64,000 bases of DNA from Candidatus Neptunichlamydia sp. (GTDB lineage: Bacteria; Chlamydiota; Chlamydiia; Chlamydiales; Simkaniaceae). Under the pieces are notes generated by a model, which had not been told where the DNA came from, did no database searches, and saw nothing but the letters and a program-made list of their open reading frames with translations. Each line of letters starts with the position of its first letter. Positions within the stretch are counted from its first letter, which is position 1. Below are positions 32,604 to 41,921 of the stretch, one piece after another. The position numbers and the translations under genes are program-made. The stretch covers positions 1,184,001 through 1,248,000 of the forward strand of contig OZ247587.1 in the NCBI GenBank assembly GCA_965233865.1. Direction: 5' to 3'.

Positions 32604-33706
32604 TTACAGGTCCATTATAGAGTGATAAAGGTTGGTTTTCTTCTCCCCAAACAACCGGCGGAGCTGTAATTGATCTCTCATAGTGGTCTTTATCGGGCCA
32701 GTTTTTGTTGCCGCCATTTTTGTAAACTCCCCAAAATCCTTTCTTCTATGTAGCGCATGGGTTAACTCATGAAACAAACCAGAAAAAGTATGGGGATTAT
32801 TCTGCATTGTAATGTCTCCACTCCTACTCATACGGGGCTCATACACAGAACTGTCTCTGGGATATTGAGTACTCAATTCACGATTAGCTCTGTTATACGC
32901 CCATCTAGATCCTGGAACAACAGGTATTCGATCAAGCCCGTTAGATACTTGAGTTAATTCATGAGCTCTTTGAACTTTCCCATGGTGTTAAATGGTAAAG
33001 AATCCCATTCGTCTTCAATAGCCTCTCTTGCGGAAGATTCCTCGGCATCTAGATCCTGCCTCTCTTTTCTTAATCGCTCTTGATTGTTATCATCTGCAAA
33101 TTCATAAAAACGGGTGGGTTGTTTTGAGTATAATCCGAAAGGAACAAACTCTTCTCTTTCATTAATTTCAGTTTCTCTTGGCCTCAAAGCAAAAGGAAAA
33201 AATTGCTCGCCTTCACCTAGATCAGTAGTCCTTGGTTCCAACTTAAACGGAAGAAATTTTTCACTTGAAAAACTCAATAGACTTTTTTGGTCGTATTCTT
33301 TATCAAACTTTTCAAATTCATTTGATCGATCTTTCTTAAGGAGAGCACGTTCAAATCTTTCATCAGACAGGATTTGATTCAAGCTTGTTTTTTCTTGTGA
33401 TGGTTTTCCTTCATGTAAGTCATAAGGAAATTCTGTGCTAATACTTGGTCTTTTTTTGTGTTCTGGAACCGCTTGTACTACATCAAAAGGGCTTCCCCAC
33501 TCACTTTCAATTTGGTCTCTTTCCTCCAATTCTAATAAAGTAAGAGGAATTGTGGTATGTGGCGCGGACCTTAATAGATCTCCAAGGCTTCGATCTGTTT
33601 CATTATTGACAATAGCTTCCCTTGCTGCTTTTTCTTCTTGAGACAGTAAATACTTTTCTCTTTCTCCAGGTCGCAGCCTTCTACTTAACTGATTTAAAGG
33701 CAGCAT
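32604..33706 (-). pseudogene. Partner D2: HEXXH metalloprotease-like effector, frameshifted near 32960
   Basis: Frame shift ..KELMN to ELTQVSNG.. leads to LFHELTHALH; alternative start at 33754. Confidence 0.65.
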
Positions 33707-33707
33707 A

Positions 33708-34190
33708 TTATGCTGGAATTGGTATGTCACTTGCTTTTTCCTTTTTAAATACATCAGCTATTTTCTTAAATACGTTTACCATTCCCATGATAGAAGCGCA
33801 TGGAAATGTTCCATTTTTAGGAGAGAATTTCCACCTGCAAGTTGGGCATGTTAATCCATTGGATTTCCTAATGCCTTCAGACCCACCAGATATTTCCATT
33901 ATTTTTTCTAGTGTTGATTGATTGAATGTATGACAACATGCGGTAACTAATGGTTGATGTAAAGGCTCCATAGTAACAGGGTCTAGAGCATCAGGAGGAA
34001 GTTCCTCACAAAGAGGTCTTAGCTCTTCTACGATCTTATCATTCAACGTCTTTTGAGCTTTTACTTCCCGCATTTCCACTTCTTGAGACCTCAACTGCTC
34101 TCTCATTTCGAGTTCTTGAGTTTTGAGTTGCTCGCGGATGAATTTTTCAAAGTAAATGGTGTTATTCTGAATGCTTAATATGGCTGTCAT
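33708..34190 (-). CDS. RING/U-box-like paralog D
   Basis: ALDPVTMEP..ACCHTFN..CPTC. Confidence 0.8.
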   Translation of the reverse strand: MTAILSIQNNTIYFEKFIREQLKTQELEMREQLRSQEVEMREVKAQKTLNDKIVEELRPLCEELPPDALDPVTMEPLHQPLVTACCHTFNQSTLEKIMEISGGSEGIRKSNGLTCPTCRWKFSPKNGTFPCASIMGMVNVFKKIADVFKKEKASDIPIPA

Positions 34191-34380
34191 CTTGTTTATC
34201 CTCTTACCTTTATTATAACATACTCTGCACGGAATCATTGAATGAAATCGTTCAAAATCAAAAATATTTTAGACCTTCGTTTCATAAAAATTCAACGCTT
34301 GCTGCTTACTGGATTTATATTTGCTGGTAAAGCTACAAAGGGCTAAAATGAGAATTAAACGAAAACAATGGATGATAATC

Positions 34381-34695
34381 ATGGACTGGACGCAAGCACT
34401 TACTGTTATAGGAGTTTTCATTGGTGGGTTTATCTACATGATGAACAAAATGGACGCAAATAAGAAAGACACTGATACAAAAATGGAGTCTCATCAAAAA
34501 GAAAATAACACACGCTTTAATGGCATAGAAAACCGTCTAACTGCCATGGAAGTAGAGGTCAAAAACATCAATCAAAGAATCGATGACTTTAAGCATGAAA
34601 CAAACCAAAGACTCTCTACGATTGAAGGGTATCTAGTCCCAAAGAAGGTATTTCGCTTTGAGGAAACTAAAGACGAAGAACCCAAAGAGAACTAA
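34381..34695 (+). CDS. Small TM plus coiled-coil protein, copy 1
   Basis: MDWTQALTVIGVFIGGFIY followed by heptads. Confidence 0.7.
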   Translation: MDWTQALTVIGVFIGGFIYMMNKMDANKKDTDTKMESHQKENNTRFNGIENRLTAMEVEVKNINQRIDDFKHETNQRLSTIEGYLVPKKVFRFEETKDEEPKEN

Positions 34696-34767
34696 GACAT
34701 CTATCATTCTAACTGATAATGAAATGCTACAAAAACTTCAGGAATCTTTAGAGCTAAGATTCGATGA

Positions 34768-34950
34768 TCAGTTTGCGTCATCTGGGTTTGTAAGAGCGCT
34801 TTGTAAGCTTGAACTTCTTGTTTTAGAAGAAAATGCTCCAGTAGGTATTTGGCTAAAGTCTTCAAAACGAGTTGGAGCAAGAAGGTGTTCTTGAGGTAAC
34901 GCATTTCCCTCAGATTCATAAAAAAATGGGTGTTGAGAGCTAGTTGACAT
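34768..34950 (-). pseudogene. Partner E2, truncated at a duplication junction
   Basis: ATG overlaps paralog E stop by 11 nt; ends at the 34770 junction. Confidence 0.55.
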
Positions 34951-35386
34951 GTTTATTGAAAGCCACGCTTATATTTTTTAATGTATTTGTGCAGTTATCT
35001 AAAGAAAAACAAGCATAGGTTTGTTTTAGTGGGGTTTTTGCCTTGCAGCTTGGGCATTCCATTGCATCTTGCTGACATAAGCCATTGGCTTTTGCTAAAC
35101 TAACGATGGTTGTGATATTTAATGTATGCCCACACCTAAAAACCATTCCTCTATCTAGTGGCTCCATAGTAACAGGATCCAAGGCGTCAGGAGGTAGTTC
35201 TTCGCAAAGAGGTCGCAATTCCTCAACTATCCTATCGTTCATTGTCTTTTGAGCTTTCATTTCGCGTATTTCAAGCTCTCGATCTTTTAATTCTGCTCGT
35301 GCTTCGAATTCTTGAGTTTTGAGTTGCTCTCGAATGAATCCTTCAAAGTAAATGGTGTTATTCTGAATGCTTAATATGGCTGTCAT
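34940..35386 (-). CDS. RING/U-box-like paralog E
   Basis: ALDPVTMEP..RCGHTLN..CPSC. Confidence 0.8.
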   Translation of the reverse strand: MTAILSIQNNTIYFEGFIREQLKTQEFEARAELKDRELEIREMKAQKTMNDRIVEELRPLCEELPPDALDPVTMEPLDRGMVFRCGHTLNITTIVSLAKANGLCQQDAMECPSCKAKTPLKQTYACFSLDNCTNTLKNISVAFNKHVN

Positions 35387-35576
35387 CTTGTTTATCCTCT
35401 TACCTTTATTATAACATACTCTGCACGGAATCATTGCATGAAATCGTTCAAAATCAAAAATATTTTAGACATTCGTTTCATAAAAATCTAATGCTTGCTG
35501 TTTATTGGATTTATATTTGCTGGTAAAGCTACAAAGGGATAAAATGAGAATTAAACGAAAACAATGGATGATAATC

Positions 35577-35879
35577 ATGGACTGGACGCAAGCACTTACT
35601 GTTATAGGAGTTTTCATTGGTGGGTTTATCTACATAATGAACAAATTGGACTCCCATCAAAAAGAAAACAATACCCGCTTTACTGCAATAGATAATCGCT
35701 TTAATGGCATAGAAAACCGTCTCACTGCCATGGAAGTTGAAGTTAAAAACATCAATCAAAGAATCGATGACTTTAAACATGAAACAAGCCAAAGGCTCTC
35801 TACGATTGAAGGGTATCTAGTCCCAAAGAAGGTATTTCACTTTGAGGAAAATAAAGACGAAGAACCCAAGGAAAACTGA
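35577..35879 (+). CDS. Small TM plus coiled-coil protein, copy 2
   Basis: Near-identical to 34381..34695. Confidence 0.7.
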   Translation: MDWTQALTVIGVFIGGFIYIMNKLDSHQKENNTRFTAIDNRFNGIENRLTAMEVEVKNINQRIDDFKHETSQRLSTIEGYLVPKKVFHFEENKDEEPKEN

Positions 35880-36007
35880 GCCTCTAGTATGCTAACTGAT
35901 AATGAAATGCTACAAAAACTTCAGGAATCTTTAGAGCTAAGATTCGATGATCAACGGGATTTATTCATAAGAGAGGACGATAGCAGCACTGGGCAGTTGT
36001 TACTTTT

Positions 36008-36493
36008 TTAGCAGAGCCTATCTGAAAAAAATTTCCCAGTTTCAATACTCCCTACTAAGGAAGTAGCATCACACAATTCCTTTATAGGATACTTTAACTG
36101 TTCATCTAATGGCAGCTTCCCCACTTTCCATGACTTTTTCCCATCCCAAAGCCACCATATCTTATCGAGGGGATCTCTCTTAGGCATACTGTTTGTTCCC
36201 TTGAATGTAGGAAATTCTTGAGCAAACACTGGAATTGAGAGGTTCTCTATAAACTTAACGGCCTCTTCTTTGATAGCACGCTGTAAAAAACAAAAAGTCT
36301 GAAACCTATGTGGTCTGTCTCCAGATTTTTGAATCTCTTCAAGCGACGGTCTTGTTTCGTAAAACCCATCAAAAACACGAATTAAACTGCCCCACTTTGG
36401 TGGTTTTGTATACTCATGAGTGTATTGAAAGTAAGCTAAGCCTTTTTGAGTTTGAATTTCATATACATCGCCGATCTTTTTTCGCCTAGTCAT
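36008..36493 (-). CDS. Imm26-like immunity protein
   Basis: KIGDVYEI....G.AYFQ..LIRVF; start overlaps the toxin stop. Confidence 0.65.
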   Translation of the reverse strand: MTRRKKIGDVYEIQTQKGLAYFQYTHEYTKPPKWGSLIRVFDGFYETRPSLEEIQKSGDRPHRFQTFCFLQRAIKEEAVKFIENLSIPVFAQEFPTFKGTNSMPKRDPLDKIWWLWDGKKSWKVGKLPLDEQLKYPIKELCDATSLVGSIETGKFFSDRLC

Positions 36494-38850
36494 TCTAAAA
36501 TCTCCTCTATCCCATCATACTTGATTTCCTTTAATATTTCAGCTCCCCTAGATATAGAATCAGCATATTTTGGGTTTTTCTCTGATATACTGTTAATTTT
36601 ATTGGAAAGTGTGCCCCCATTTTTCTCTAGTTTGTGCATTTCAATCAAGGCTTGCTCGACTGCTCTTGCATCATATTTTGTTAGGTTTGTTGCTCTCGCT
36701 ATCTCTCTTACTCTATGGTGGTCCCAGACGTCAAGACCAAAATTTGCAAAAGTTAAGCTAGTTTTTCCTGATGTTAAATTCAGTTCTTATTCCTTCTTTA
36801 GACCTCAAGGCCTGTTCCATAATAGATCTCTGACGGCGTCTGATATCCCAAACTCTGGTGACGGCGCTGTCCATTATAAAACTCAAAATACACCTCTAGT
36901 CCCTTTTTTAGTTCTTTAAGGCTTTCATACCCTTTAGGATAAATATCCTCATACTTCACACTTCTCCAAAGACGCTCTATGAAAACATTATCAAGAGCTC
37001 TCCCTTTCCCGTCCATGCTGATTTTCACACCCTCTTTTTCTAATCTCTTAGTGCCGTGTACTTTTTTTTAAGCCATTCCAGCTCCATTTTTAGCCTTCCA
37101 ATTTGCTCAAATAACTCTCCTTTTTCCTGCTCCTCTTCTTTGGTAATCAAACGCTTATTGCTTTTCTCAAAAATTTGGGCTGCCGTGGCTTTAAAGTGTC
37201 TTTTCCACCCTCCAAGGACTAAAGGGTGAACTTCAAATTTCCCAGCAAGCTCTCCTGCCGTTTTCTCTCCTTTCAAAACTTCAAGCACCACCTTCAGCTT
37301 AAATTCAGCGGAATATTTTTTTCTTGTTTTTGCCATTTCTGTTCTCCTTTTGCTCGGAGAAAACTAGCTTAGCAAGTGGCTCGAATTTCTGGGACCATTA
37401 TACTCTGATTCCCTTTTTTAAAAGGTGTTCCAACTGCCTTCTAGATAGATTATTGGTAATCCCAACATACTTCACTTCTCCAGTGGTTTCATTGAAAGAT
37501 CTGTATACCGAGATATTCCCCTGCTCCCTAACTACAGGAGTCTGAACTTCAACTTGTGGCGTATTTGCTCTAGGGATTGGAGGATTCGTTGTAGTAGTCG
37601 TAGTCAGAGCACTTCCCGCAGCACCAGTAATAGCCATACCTTTTACAACACCAGAAGCTTTTGCAACTTTAACTATGGCCTTTGCACTCTTCGCGATCTT
37701 AGCAGGCTTACTTAATTGGCTACCAGGAACCGGCACAAAACAAAATACTACGTCCTTGCCAAGTTCTTTGAGTAATTCTCCCATAGTTTCAGGAGTTGAA
37801 GAAGATTTAAAGCTGCCATATTGTCCGGCGTAGTCAGTATTAAAAGACTGGTCTATCTTATCATGCAGACGATCGCTAAACGGAACCACGTCATTGCTAA
37901 AGAATTCATCGAAAGGCTCCCTTTTTGGAGGGTAATCATCGTATAAAAAGGAACTCATTTTTCCTAAAGATTCGACAAAGTTAGCTGTTCCATCAACGAA
38001 ATTATGAACAACATAAGAGCCAACCTTTCGCGCTTTTTCGGCTGCTTGTGACCAAAACGAAGCTTCGTCTTTCTTTGGAATATTTAAGTTATTTGCAGCT
38101 AGCACAGGTTCTTGACTGAGCTCTTCTTTAAGAGTGGTGTTTTGTCTTTCGATAGTTTCTTTTAGGAGAGCACTTTTCTCGGGTATCGGCTCTAATTGTG
38201 GAGTGATCTTTGGTATTAAAGCTTCTATTTCTTTCGGTCGATCATAGTCACAATGGCTTGGATAATAGGGATCGTTAAACGAATCAGCGTGAGGTTCTTC
38301 TTCATAAATCTCCCCAGCCTTATTTACAGGTGTTCGTGGTTTGGGATTGTTTTTTGGATTCGTTTCTCCATTGGCATCATAATCTACAGCAGCAGCTCCC
38401 GCAGCAATAACAGGCGCAGCAGCTCCACTTGTAGCGATGATAACCACAGTTGCAGCAACTACAACAACAGCTGAGATAATCACTACCTTTTTGTTTCTTT
38501 TGACGAATTTCTTAGTGCTTTTCCATGTGTTTGATACCCAACTGCAATTGATAATCTTTAGAGATTGATACCCATTTAATACCGCAGGAACAGCCTTAAC
38601 GCCGTAATCTTCATATCTTTTAGGGACGACCACCACCATCCTCCGTTTCCCTCATTACATTCGCATTAAAAGCTAATTCTGAATTATTTGGTTCTCCTCT
38701 AAGCCATTTGATGTCTTCTTCGAGTTGAGCCTTAGCTTCAAGATCGTCGTCGCGAATGCCATTTCTAGCCAAGAAAATGACAAACTCCATGACTTGACTG
38801 GTCTGTGCTTCAGTTAGGTGCTTTTCTAAGGTGTTGCCATAAGCTACTTC
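36490..38850 (-). pseudogene. Polymorphic toxin with URI/GIY-YIG nuclease tip, split by IS3 and 5'-degraded
   Basis: VY..YVGITNNLSRRQLEH..[IS]..DARAVEQALIE..GGTL.NKINSI..NPKY. Confidence 0.75.
36714..37402 (-). mobile_element. Internally deleted IS3-family element with 3-bp target duplication
   Basis: Ends TATAATGGTCCCAG and CTGGGACCACCATA; CTC flanks at 36711-36713 and 37403-37405. Confidence 0.9.
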
Positions 38851-38861
38851 ATAAAGGAAAT

Positions 38862-39545
38862 CTATGATGTGCTGATAGGAAAGAGTTTCGTAATTGAGTA
38901 AGTCCCAAGGCGAAAAGTTTGTGTAATCGCCTTCAGAATGGCCTTGAGATACCTTCCAAAGTGAGCTTTTTGTAGATAATTTAAGAGCTTTCTTCTTGCA
39001 AAGACATATCTTACTAAGAGCGCTCTCATGCCTAAGAACTCCTTAGTTTCCTTATCAACGCCATGCATGTCTATTTCTAGTCTTTGAATTTTTTCGGTAT
39101 ATACGCCAATCCCTACATCACATGAAGAATTGTCCTGAGGAGATGTTTGCCACCGTTTGATGATGTCGCGCATGTCAACAATGTTAATACTATCAACCGT
39201 GCTTGATTTATTAGAAAGAGGCTTGCCTTTCTTGACTCTACTCGGAGGGACAAAATTTCGGATGGTTTTTTCGCAGTAGAAATTCTTGCCACTTACTTTC
39301 TTGCTTGGTTGAAAAACTCCTTTAGAAAGATAGCCTTTGAATGAATCTATAGAACAGCCAATGATCTGCGCTGCTTGCTTGGTGCTGATTAACTGACTTG
39401 TTTGTTGCGATTGTGTTTTCTCTGACAAGCTCTCACTTCTCTTTCTTAAAAAAGAAAGATATTTCCATAAATCACGGTTTAGGAACAAGCTTTTCGTAAG
39501 CTGTCTTTGCAGTAATTTGCTCGGCTGAAGATTTGTAAGAAGCAT
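38862..39545 (-). CDS. HTH (excisionase/MerR-like) fused to ribosomal S15-like domain
   Basis: LISTKQAAQIIGCS HTH; IIKRWQ..DNSS.DV.I..YTEKI..L..R.LL...V..RRKLLNYLQK....RY. Confidence 0.6.
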   Translation of the reverse strand: MLLTNLQPSKLLQRQLTKSLFLNRDLWKYLSFLRKRSESLSEKTQSQQTSQLISTKQAAQIIGCSIDSFKGYLSKGVFQPSKKVSGKNFYCEKTIRNFVPPSRVKKGKPLSNKSSTVDSINIVDMRDIIKRWQTSPQDNSSCDVGIGVYTEKIQRLEIDMHGVDKETKEFLGMRALLVRYVFARRKLLNYLQKAHFGRYLKAILKAITQTFRLGTYSITKLFPISTS

Positions 39546-39547
39546 GG

Positions 39548-39890
39548 TTTAACGTACAAGACTGTGGCTTATGAGTTCGAATATCAAGAAGAAGCTGAAA
39601 TCTAGATGATCGACAACCAATGCGAGATAAAACGAAACATAACTGAATTCTGCAGAGGGAGATACGCTCTTTTGAAGAAAGAAAGGATTTTATCTCTTAA
39701 TAAGAAAAAAGCCGATGAGGGTAAGAAGAAAGGTGGAGAAAATGGTAGTATTTATTTTAATAAGTCTGCCCCAACATTGGGGCATACGTTTTCTAAAAAA
39801 GATTTGATAGAAGATCCTGCAGACAGAAACTACTCTGAAAACACGGATCGTTTACTCGCAAAAGATGCTGGTTTGTCTCATGGTACGATG
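39548..39890 (+). pseudogene. Phage/plasmid ParB-associated protein fragment
   Basis: EAEI*MIDNQ...RNI..LAKDAGLSHGT. Confidence 0.5.
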
Positions 39891-40318
39891 CATACACCTA
39901 AGAAAAAACTTCCTCTTCCCCCTTTTTCAGCAATAAGGGTTTTTAAGGCAACCTGATAGCATGAAAAACAAATTGAATATGGATCTTTACTGTTGCTAAG
40001 GTCCAAAAGGCTGTATTTTGACAATTTAGGCATTTCTTTTTCAGATGGTGTTTTTTCTTGAAAGGGCGCTTCAATAATCTCACCGAATGGCGTTGTTTTG
40101 AGGGAAAGACTAGCATAACGAAGAATTTTTGGAAGACTCACAAAAAACAAGGCTCAGATTTGCGCTGTGTTGCGCTGTTGGAGATTTAGAGTTGTGTTGG
40201 GATTGCGAGAAGATAAATCAGCTTAAAACGTGATTAAATGAGAATATGCGTGTTTAAGTATAATTAGTTGGGATTTGGAAGGCTTTAATGTGAATTTAGT
40301 TAAAGTTTACGAAAAATA

Positions 40319-41473
40319 TCAAGTTCCAAAGTGACTATTGAAGGTGTTAAATAATTCTGGTCTATTTGCAAAGCGCCCTTGTCCAATAAGAATATCTCGA
40401 AGTGATTCATTTACTTGTTCTCCATCATCATCAAATTGGGGGTAATCGTCCTCAATTATTGATTTAATAAACCCTTTCCCACGCAACATATGACCTGGAT
40501 GGAGATTTGCATAGTTTTCAACTGTGTCTTGGAAGTTTTCCTCCCAAAGACCTGAATTTATTCCAATATGACCGAGACGAGGACGTTTACCAAATTCTCT
40601 CCTAGCTGCATTCTCGTCATTTTCTATATTTCTGGCCTCTTCTAGGTCTGAATATAATGATGGAATTCCAGATGGATGAATCATTGGCAATGGAATAGAT
40701 CTTCTGTTTATGGACTCTTGAGGATCTTTTAAAAAGGATCTTTGGTGGCCGTGTTCATGAAGCAAGTCATCTACAGTTCTTGGTTGTTTACCATAGAACG
40801 TACGTCCTTCATAATCATGACGCATTCTTGTGGAATCTTCTGATTCTTCCTCGTCACTAGGAAATAAAAGTTCACCGCTATTAAGTTGTGATTGAGTAAA
40901 TGGTCCCTTCTTTCCAGGAGGTTCGTATATCTCTAGATGATGTAAGGGCTCCGTTCCGTATCCAGTAACCATGTCTTTTTGCTCGAATTGTCCATCTGCT
41001 CCTTGCTTAACTCCGAAACCAAACCTATTACTGTGCGAGAATGGTAGCTTTGATTTTTGATGTTTTTCTATGTCATCCAGTAAAACTTTAAAATAACTTG
41101 GAGCTCCCTTAGATGCTATTCTTGCATCTTCCATAATCGCGTCTTTATCTTCAGAGTCATCAGTGAAGTCAAATAAAGATTCATATTTACCTGTCAATAC
41201 GTCTGAAAGAGATCCCCTGGATCTAGCTTCGGGAAGAGGGATTTTGTCTTTTCTTAGTGGCTGTTCACCTGAAAAATACTCCGTAGAATTCGCATCAAAC
41301 AGGGGTATTTTACTTTTTCTAAGTGGAGCTTCTTGATCAGGAGAATCGATATACACAACGTTTTTTCTTATTGAGCGAGAAGGATCAACGTAAACTACAT
41401 TTTCTCTTTTTGTATCCCTTTTTTGCCTCTTGAGATCCCAACGATGCTGTTTTCTTCTTAGGTTGTGCTTCAT
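40319..41473 (-). CDS. Partner F2: basic N-terminus plus M91/NleD-like zinc metalloprotease
   Basis: LRRKQH..KRQKR; LLHEHGH..EEARNI..ENAARREFG.RPR.GH. Confidence 0.7.
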   Translation of the reverse strand: MKHNLRRKQHRWDLKRQKRDTKRENVVYVDPSRSIRKNVVYIDSPDQEAPLRKSKIPLFDANSTEYFSGEQPLRKDKIPLPEARSRGSLSDVLTGKYESLFDFTDDSEDKDAIMEDARIASKGAPSYFKVLLDDIEKHQKSKLPFSHSNRFGFGVKQGADGQFEQKDMVTGYGTEPLHHLEIYEPPGKKGPFTQSQLNSGELLFPSDEEESEDSTRMRHDYEGRTFYGKQPRTVDDLLHEHGHQRSFLKDPQESINRRSIPLPMIHPSGIPSLYSDLEEARNIENDENAARREFGKRPRLGHIGINSGLWEENFQDTVENYANLHPGHMLRGKGFIKSIIEDDYPQFDDDGEQVNESLRDILIGQGRFANRPELFNTFNSHFGT

Positions 41474-41921
41474 TATTTTCTACCGTTCTTTTAAATATTT
41501 TTGTTACTTTTTCAAGATGTTCTACCGTTTCGTCAAATGACTGGTCATATAAGAAAAACCGCCCCGTTGTTTCAGATCTACAAATCGGACAAGGGATTTT
41601 ATCGTCCATTGTGAAGCCCTTTGTTTTTCCAATCATTTCTACAGCTTTCGCGCTTAAAGCATGGCTACAACGCATCACTAAAGGAGTTCTAATTGGTTCA
41701 TACGTCACTGGATCTAAAGCACATTCAGGCAATTCTTCACATAAAGGCCTAAGCTCTTCAACTATCCTATCGTTCATTGTCTTTTGAGCTTTCATTTCGC
41801 GTATTTCAAGCTCTCGATCTTTCAGTTCTTCTCGCATCTCAGATTCTTGTGTTTCCAGTTGCTCTCGGACGAACTGTTCAAAGTAAATAGTGTTGTTCTG
41901 AATGCTTAATATGGCTGACAT
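41385..41921 (-). CDS. RING/U-box-like paralog F
   Basis: ALDPVTYEP..RCSH..CPIC; AAGGAG RBS. Confidence 0.8.
   Translation of the reverse strand: MSAILSIQNNTIYFEQFVREQLETQESEMREELKDRELEIREMKAQKTMNDRIVEELRPLCEELPECALDPVTYEPIRTPLVMRCSHALSAKAVEMIGKTKGFTMDDKIPCPICRSETTGRFFLYDQSFDETVEHLEKVTKIFKRTVENNEAQPKKKTASLGSQEAKKGYKKRKCSLR

Noticed and set aside
38862..39545. Calling this ORF rpsO
   Set aside because: Far longer than S15, has an HTH, diverged DTGS motif and lies in a mobile island
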